Shown here one piece after another: positions 58,294-64,000 of a stretch of 64,000 nt of DNA. Numbering within the stretch: position 1 is the first letter of the stretch; each line of letters starts with the position of its first letter. This DNA is from an archaeon (GTDB lineage: Archaea > Iainarchaeota > Iainarchaeia > Iainarchaeales > 1-14-0-10-31-34): assembly GCA_043815885.1 (NCBI GenBank), contig JBDRIL010000029.1:1-64000 (forward strand), written 5' to 3'. The notes below the pieces were generated by a model. That model saw only the letters and a list, made by a program, of their open reading frames with translations. It made no database searches and was not told where the DNA came from. A program made the translations under genes and the position numbers.

Positions 58294-59007
58294 TTAATTC
58301 CTCCTTCGATGATTTTTTCCATCATAAATGATTTTTCCATCCCTTAATTCAATGACCCTTTCAGCATACTTCGCAATGTCTGATTCATGGGTTACAACTA
58401 CAACTGTTTTTCCCTCTTTTTTGTGCAAATCTTCAAATAATTTCATTATTTCATAGCTTGTTTTTGTGTCCAGGTTTCCTGTTGGCTCGTCTGCAAGAAC
58501 CATTGAAGGCTCAGCAGACAGGGCTCTTGCAATCGCTACCCTCTGTCTTTCTCCTCCTGAAAGCTGTGCAGGCAAATGTCTTTCCCTGTGCTCCAGTCCA
58601 ATGAGTTTAATTAATTCCTTGACTTTTTTCTTTATTTTTTCTTCACTGAATTCATGGATCTTCATTGGCAAGGCAATGTTTTCAAAAACATTCAATGTAG
58701 GGTATAAATTAAAAACCTGAAAAACAAAGCCAATTTCTTTTCCCCTGATTCTGGCAATCCTTGATTCAGGAAGCTGTGTTATTTCTGTTCCACTCAAAAA
58801 AACCAATCCCTTTGTTGGAATATCCAGAGCGCCAATCATATTAAGTGCAGTGGATTTCCCTGAACCTGAAGCACCAACTACAGCCACAAACTCTCCTTCC
58901 TTAACGTGCATGCTGATGCCTCTAAGTGCAGGCACTTCAACTGAATCCATTTGATATATTTTCCAGACATCCTTCAATTCTAAAACAGTATTTACCATTT
59001 CTCTCAC
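58294..59007 (-). CDS. LolD/MacB-type ABC ATP-binding protein
   Basis: GASGSGKS, LSGGERQR, LADEPTGNLD, VTH. Confidence 0.97.
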   Translation of the reverse strand: MREMVNTVLELKDVWKIYQMDSVEVPALRGISMHVKEGEFVAVVGASGSGKSTALNMIGALDIPTKGLVFLSGTEITQLPESRIARIRGKEIGFVFQVFNLYPTLNVFENIALPMKIHEFSEEKIKKKVKELIKLIGLEHRERHLPAQLSGGERQRVAIARALSAEPSMVLADEPTGNLDTKTSYEIMKLFEDLHKKEGKTVVVVTHESDIAKYAERVIELRDGKIIYDGKNHRRRN

Positions 59008-59144
59008 TTAAATAAAGATTATATGCCTTTAAAAGAAAGATGGACTTTAAGTCCATCCTGAATCTGGATTATTTAGAATAAATAAAAGTGAGGGCCTATT
59101 TCCAAAGGCCCCCTTAACTTTCTTGGAGGTTTTAAGAATGGATT

Positions 59145-59627
59145 TCAGAAGGGGGGTTTCCATTTATTCATTGAATGAAATCCTCTGCCAAAACCTCTCA
59201 TGGGCATTTGATTAAGGCCAAGCTCTTCTGCAAGAGCATTAGCTGTTTCATGGTCACCGCTCTTTCTTGCATTATGGAGTTCCACAAATGAATCAAAGTT
59301 TTCCTCTGTAATTAAATCAGTTATTTTTGGCCTGCTTTCAATTGCTTCAACCCATGCATCATAATCTCCGTCTTCCAGGGCCTGTTCAACAGAAGCCCTT
59401 GCCCTGTATTGTTCAGTCAGTTGATGGAAGTTTTCCTCTGTCATTCTTTCAGCAATGTTTCCGCATTTCCCTGTTTCAGGCAATGCCTGAATGAACGCAT
59501 CATAGTCCTCGTTCTCCAATGCATTCTTTGCTGCTTCATTCCCCTGAAAGCCTCCGAATGCATACACTCCTGATGCTGTTACAACACAAACTGCAAGAGT
59601 AAACAACATCAAAAAAGATTTTCTCAT
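59145..59627 (-). CDS. Secreted helical protein with internal repeat
   Basis: Signal peptide; ALE..DYDA(F/W) and TEENF each repeated twice. Confidence 0.7.
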   Translation of the reverse strand: MRKSFLMLFTLAVCVVTASGVYAFGGFQGNEAAKNALENEDYDAFIQALPETGKCGNIAERMTEENFHQLTEQYRARASVEQALEDGDYDAWVEAIESRPKITDLITEENFDSFVELHNARKSGDHETANALAEELGLNQMPMRGFGRGFHSMNKWKPPF

Positions 59628-59767
59628 TCAATACCACCTCTTTTTTTTATTGCGGCTTTCTGCCACACAGTAAGAATGCTGGTTTTCTCATTTATAAGGA
59701 AGAAGGACAGAAAATGTGCACTTAACGTCCATATGTTTTTTATATTGCCTTTCCCACAAAATAATAA

Positions 59768-60484
59768 ATGCCTCCGTATTTTGCAGGACCATTTGCAGGA
59801 CCAATTTTGGAATTGCTCATCATAGAGCTTGCTTATTTTATTGTAGTTGTAGGAATCTGTCTTACCATATATTTCAGGACTAAAGAGCTTTACAATATCT
59901 CCCAACATAAAGGAATCTTTTACTTCAGGAACATCTTCCTTTATTTTGCTTTTGCATACTTTTTCAGGCTGATTAATGCTTTATACATGCTCTCAAATGA
60001 AGCCCTTGACTTGGGATTCAGAAGAGGTTTTTTCCAGTTTGACCTCTTATTTGTAAGTTATTTCAGCACAATGGCTATCCTATCGCTTTTAATGGCTGTA
60101 ATGACTAGAAGCATTAAAAAAAATGTACAGACAGCCGATTACATACTTCATGGAATTGCATTGATTTCCTCTCTTTTTGTTTTTGTGACCAGATCATTTC
60201 CCCTGCTGTTTCTTGTACAGACAATTGTTTTAATAGGAGCAGTCATAACTGTATTCATTACTCCCCAGAAAAAGAAACCCAAAAGACTCCTTTCACAAAA
60301 CACTGTTACTTATGCTTTATTGGCTGTCTTCTGGGTTATTAACCTGCTTTCATTCAACAATAGATTCATCCCGCCTGATTTAAAGATTATTTTTTACCTT
60401 CTTTCAATTGCTGTTTTTGTCTCCATCTTTTTAAGGGTGCAAAAGAGGTTGCCTTCAAATGCAAAAAAAGAGAAACAGGCTTGA
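59768..60484 (+). CDS. 7-TM membrane protein, possible sensor
   Basis: Seven hydrophobic segments; overlaps the downstream wHTH gene. Confidence 0.65.
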   Translation: MPPYFAGPFAGPILELLIIELAYFIVVVGICLTIYFRTKELYNISQHKGIFYFRNIFLYFAFAYFFRLINALYMLSNEALDLGFRRGFFQFDLLFVSYFSTMAILSLLMAVMTRSIKKNVQTADYILHGIALISSLFVFVTRSFPLLFLVQTIVLIGAVITVFITPQKKKPKRLLSQNTVTYALLAVFWVINLLSFNNRFIPPDLKIIFYLLSIAVFVSIFLRVQKRLPSNAKKEKQA

Positions 60485-60734
60485 CATAATATACTCAATA
60501 CTAGGAATCATCCGGGAACACTATAATTCAATAAAGCCCACTCCCTTACTGAGATACACCAATATTTCCTCCCAAAGCTTTTCCGAATACTACAAAGAAC
60601 TAAAAGAAAAAGAATTCATAAGAGAAGAAACAGACAAAAAAGGAAGAAAATACATTTCCCTAACAGACAAAGGATTCAAATTCCTTGAAAAATACAGAAA
60701 CCTCAAAGGATTCATAGAAGAATTCGATTTATGA
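60459..60734 (+). CDS. Archaeal winged-helix transcriptional regulator
   Basis: KKRNRLDIIYSIL, PT.LLRYTNIS, LTDKG..FL. Confidence 0.85.
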   Translation: MQKKRNRLDIIYSILGIIREHYNSIKPTPLLRYTNISSQSFSEYYKELKEKEFIREETDKKGRKYISLTDKGFKFLEKYRNLKGFIEEFDL

Positions 60735-60840
60735 AGCCCTACTTTTGTTTACGTCAGTTCAACACTTTCATGTGCCTTACTTTGTCATTGGAAGAAAGCT
60801 TTAAATAGTTCCCAGTTCTTTATTTTATTGGTGAAGTATT

Positions 60841-61290
60841 GTGGGTGCAAGACGTGCAGCAAAAAGAACAGGTCCAAGCGGTTCACTTGCTGCAAGAAAA
60901 GGAAGAGGAGGACCGATATCGACTGCTGCGCCCCAGAAAGGAAGGCATCGAAAGAAAAAACACGTTTCAGGAAGTGGCCAAGCAGGACCGCAACAATCTG
61001 CTCCCAGAAAGAAGGGAGGAAAGCGTCAAGAAGCAAAAATGACACATGGAAAAGCACTTAAACTGCAATATAAAACGGAAGGAGCAAGTGGAAGCGTGGT
61101 CTCAGGAGGAGGCAAAAGCAAATTCGCTCAAAAGCAAAGTACTGACCTAAAGTTCAGAATCCGTGAAGGGGATATTAGAAGGTTGATGCAACAGAGAAAC
61201 GTTTCCCGTAAAGAAGCTGAGAAAATTTTAAGGAATGAAGAATTTTTAAGGCAAAAGGAGAGAGAAAAGAGCAGTTTTGGTAGATACTAA
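60841..61290 (+). CDS. Hypothetical basic, low-complexity protein
   Basis: GGTGA SD shortly before the GTG; longest of three overlapping frames. Confidence 0.55.
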   Translation: MGARRAAKRTGPSGSLAARKGRGGPISTAAPQKGRHRKKKHVSGSGQAGPQQSAPRKKGGKRQEAKMTHGKALKLQYKTEGASGSVVSGGGKSKFAQKQSTDLKFRIREGDIRRLMQQRNVSRKEAEKILRNEEFLRQKEREKSSFGRY

Positions 61291-61341
61291 TTTAGTATTC
61301 TAATTATTCCTAAACTTCGAAAAAAACCTAATATTATAGAT

Positions 61342-62055
61342 TTATGTCCTGCTTTTCTTAAGAATATAAACAGCAAAATGAGGGTATTTTGTTTCGGAAT
61401 ACCATTTGAAAGGTTCTTTTCCTGTAGCCAAAGGCTTATGTAATTCCAGTATTTCAAAACCTGCTTCAGAAAATATCTCCCTGTAATCTTTTTCTGTCCA
61501 ATAGTAGTCATAAAAAATTATGTCTGTTCCCCTAAACCCAATTTTAACCTGCATCCCGCTTTTTATATCTTTATTTTCAAGATAACTGTAAATAAATGAA
61601 GCACAGTCATGCCTATACATATTCTCTGCATCAGTCACTATTATGATTATTCCTTCTTTCTTCAGAACCCTGTTTAACTCAAAAAATATTTCTTTCATCT
61701 TTTCTTTGGATGGAATTTCCATTAACACCAAAGAAACCAATATTAAGTCAAGTGAAGAATCAGTGCTGGGAATTCTATTATTTTTAATAAGATGATATTC
61801 TCCTTCAAGATCAAACTTTTTAGCTTCGGTTATCATATCCTGGCTTGCATCAATGCCGATTGTCTCCAAACCCAGTTTTTTTAAGAATCTGGTGGAACGC
61901 CCGCCTCCACAGCCAAAATCAAGAGCCTTTCTACCTTTAACATATTTTTCAATGAATCCAGGGATATCACGATACGCTAAATAAAATGTGTCCTTAATAT
62001 CTAGCTTGGAATATTCCTTTGCAAACCTTTGATATTCATGCGATGCCATAATCAT
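61342..62055 (-). CDS. Class I SAM-dependent methyltransferase
   Basis: ALDFGCGGG, GIDAS..M, RVLKKEG. Confidence 0.92.
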   Translation of the reverse strand: MIMASHEYQRFAKEYSKLDIKDTFYLAYRDIPGFIEKYVKGRKALDFGCGGGRSTRFLKKLGLETIGIDASQDMITEAKKFDLEGEYHLIKNNRIPSTDSSLDLILVSLVLMEIPSKEKMKEIFFELNRVLKKEGIIIIVTDAENMYRHDCASFIYSYLENKDIKSGMQVKIGFRGTDIIFYDYYWTEKDYREIFSEAGFEILELHKPLATGKEPFKWYSETKYPHFAVYILKKSRT

Positions 62056-62107
62056 TTATTGTCCTTTTTTTCATTTAAACCTTTTCTTTAAGGCACACTA
62101 AAACTGA

Positions 62108-62290
62108 CTGATCCACGACAATATCCAAAAATGGGCTAACGGACACAGGCTTTACCATAACTTCATTAAAGAAAATTCAACAATCGGAATGACGCCTTCA
62201 GAGAAAGCAGGAATTGAATTAAACTTAAACAGAAATAAGTGGTTGAGTTTATTAGAACAAAGCTTAAACTCCACACATAAACAAGAATAA
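62108..62290 (+). pseudogene. C-terminal remnant of a DDE (IS6-like archaeal) transposase
   Basis: Reads ...LYHNFIKENSTIGMTPSEKAGIELNLNRNKWLSLL..., matching the YxNFxRxH...TPAExAGI...NKW tail; in-frame TGA at 62105 and no proper start. Confidence 0.7.
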
Positions 62291-62356
62291 TCAGTTTTTG
62301 ACCGTATTATTTTTTATATTTGAAAGACTTTCTTGTTAATGGAAGGTGATAAATTA

Positions 62357-62836
62357 ATGCCGGGAGGAAAAAGAACTGTAAAACGAAGCTCAGGATTATA
62401 TAAACCCACTACCGTCAGAGGTGTAAAAGTAGGTAAACCAGAGAGCGGGACTCTTCATACATTCAGACCAAAGGAAATTTTGGAAAGAAAGAAATTTAAC
62501 TATTTAGCGGATTTTCGTAAGCTTAAGGATTTTATTGTTCTTGGTAAACGTCAACTGCCTCTTAAGACAGGTGAATTCGCATTCATAAACACTAATACAG
62601 GAAATTTTGTTGGAAAGGGAAGGAAAAATAAGTTTGAATTCTTGGCTACCCATAAAGTTGGAAGGAAATGGGAAAGCTATGAAAAAATGCCAGAACCAAA
62701 AATAATTCCTATTTCCGAAATTAAAAGTGGATACTCTATTGCAATAGCAGGACGCAAAGAAAAACGAAAAACAACAACAAAAAGGGAAAAGAAATCGATA
62801 GAGCCAGAGCATGGTGGCGGAATGAGAAACTTTTAA
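62357..62836 (+). CDS. Hypothetical basic protein
   Basis: GGTGA SD before ATG 62357; no known motif. Confidence 0.6.
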   Translation: MPGGKRTVKRSSGLYKPTTVRGVKVGKPESGTLHTFRPKEILERKKFNYLADFRKLKDFIVLGKRQLPLKTGEFAFINTNTGNFVGKGRKNKFEFLATHKVGRKWESYEKMPEPKIIPISEIKSGYSIAIAGRKEKRKTTTKREKKSIEPEHGGGMRNF

Positions 62837-63069
62837 TTTTTTCACCTCCTTTCGATTTTTTTCTTTTAAAACTGACGAATACGACAGGGTTTTTTGCCTG
62901 ACGAATTTTCGACAGAGCCCTGAAAGCGGCATTGTCGTAAAGGGGGTTGATTTGATTGGAAAAAAGTAAAGTGTCGAATTCGGTTGGTATTGAAAGGAAA
63001 GGGGGTGAAAAAAACGAAAAAATTAATAAGGAGCTTTCCCTTTTAGATAAGGTTTTGGGGTTTGAGCTT

Positions 63070-63216
63070 ATGAAAAAGGGAGCAGTTAATTTAATTGTAG
63101 TTTTTGTGCTACTTTATGTTTTCTTTGTGTATGTCATGAAGATAAACTTAGTTATTTCATATGTTGTGGCAATAGCAATCGCATTAATTTTAGCTTACTC
63201 GAATGATTGGCTATGA
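63070..63216 (+). CDS. Small 2-TM hypothetical protein
   Basis: MKKGAVNLIVV...; start uncertain (track ORF begins at 62956). Confidence 0.4.
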   Translation: MKKGAVNLIVVFVLLYVFFVYVMKINLVISYVVAIAIALILAYSNDWL

Positions 63217-63479
63217 CTATTAAAGAATTAGAAAAAAAAGTTGCAGAGCTGGAAATCAAGGTAGGTTTTGATAACCGATTGAAAGGGATAGAAAATAAAC
63301 TTTTAGATTTGGACAAAAAATTTAGTGAACATAAAAAAAGTTGGATGGAAAAAGTCACATTAAAAAGTTTAGTAGATTGGACTTCAAAAAATGTAAGGGA
63401 TTTATCAATCCAAATAATAATAACAATAATAATAGCAATAATAGTTTTCTTGATATCTATTTCTTCAATAAAAATTTGA
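63207..63479 (+). CDS. Coiled-coil protein with C-terminal membrane anchor
   Basis: Heptad-like N-terminus and Ile-rich C-terminal TM. Confidence 0.55.
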   Translation: MAMTIKELEKKVAELEIKVGFDNRLKGIENKLLDLDKKFSEHKKSWMEKVTLKSLVDWTSKNVRDLSIQIIITIIIAIIVFLISISSIKI

Positions 63480-63492
63480 AAAAAAACTGATT

Positions 63493-63993
63493 TTATTTTA
63501 CTGATTGTTCCAACAAGTATTCAAGTAAACCTATCTTCTTGAATATCTCATGAATCACATCAACGTATTCGTGTCGCACTTGTTTCTGGATTTCCACTTG
63601 TTTGTTAAATCTTTCTCCTTTCATAAAAGGGTTTTTCATTAATTTATGCTCATTATAAGTTGTATAACTTGCAATAATGTCAGCAAGTTTTTTTCCGTTT
63701 TCTTCTATTTTCCTAATTTCCCCGATAATTAATCTCTTTTTTTCAAAATTATTTTTTCCTTTAATGCCTCTTAAAAAATAAGGTATTTGCTGTTTGTCTT
63801 TCAGTGCCTTAATGGTGCTTAAATCCTTTAAAACTTTATTAGGTTTAGATAAATGTCCCCACACAAATTCAATCATTATTCTGTATCCTTCTTTGTTTAA
63901 GAATATTGGATTTTTTTTATCGTGGTATTTGATTGAAAGCCCTCTGTATTTTCTTTCAAAACTTCTGCAAGTTTTAATATTTTTTGGAAGCAT
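63493..63993 (-). CDS. Hypothetical protein, possibly 5' partial
   Basis: Open frame running to the window edge; no motif recognised. Confidence 0.5.
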   Translation of the reverse strand: MLPKNIKTCRSFERKYRGLSIKYHDKKNPIFLNKEGYRIMIEFVWGHLSKPNKVLKDLSTIKALKDKQQIPYFLRGIKGKNNFEKKRLIIGEIRKIEENGKKLADIIASYTTYNEHKLMKNPFMKGERFNKQVEIQKQVRHEYVDVIHEIFKKIGLLEYLLEQSVK

Positions 63994-64000
63994 GAATTGT

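Noticed and set aside
60828..61061. Cys-rich metallothionein-like 77-aa ORF and the 67-aa third-frame ORF
   Set aside because: The SD spacing fits the 149-aa frame at 60841; Cys codons arise as a shadow of GCN codons. Not fully excluded without expression data

Overview
AT-rich, gene-dense archaeal chromosomal segment with archaeal ribosomal and transcription genes, BHB-type tRNA introns and GGAGG/GGTGA Shine-Dalgarno sites. Gene content suggests a DPANN lineage, possibly Iainarchaeota/Diapherotrites (inference). Recognisable content: glmS operon, HerA-like ATPase with intein, four tRNAs (three with introns), nucleotide salvage genes, SMC, the ftsZ-secE-spt5-rpl11...rpl1-P0-rpl12 cluster, a pyrB/I/D/K/C/E/F operon, AMP phosphorylase, rpl21e-rpo4-DUF655-ksgA, and a MacB-type ABC/S-layer-domain module. 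The most striking element is a class III ribonucleotide reductase locus inserted between rpl11 and rpl1. There a complete NrdR repressor is fused in frame to NrdD, two NrdR boxes lie 32 bp apart just downstream of the gene's TATA box, and the glycyl-radical/half zinc-finger module is a separate 52-aa gene absent from the ORF track. Other notable signals: a family of short palindromes in protein tails (in frame), tRNA introns and tRNA trailers, where GATA-delimited modules appear shuffled; a glmS-GNAT-HAD/YvcK operon; a hinge-less SMC; a candidate structured ncRNA; a toxin-antitoxin mini-island at tRNA-Gly; and a putative new C-terminal sorting signal. All calls come from reading the sequence and translations by eye; no searches were run.
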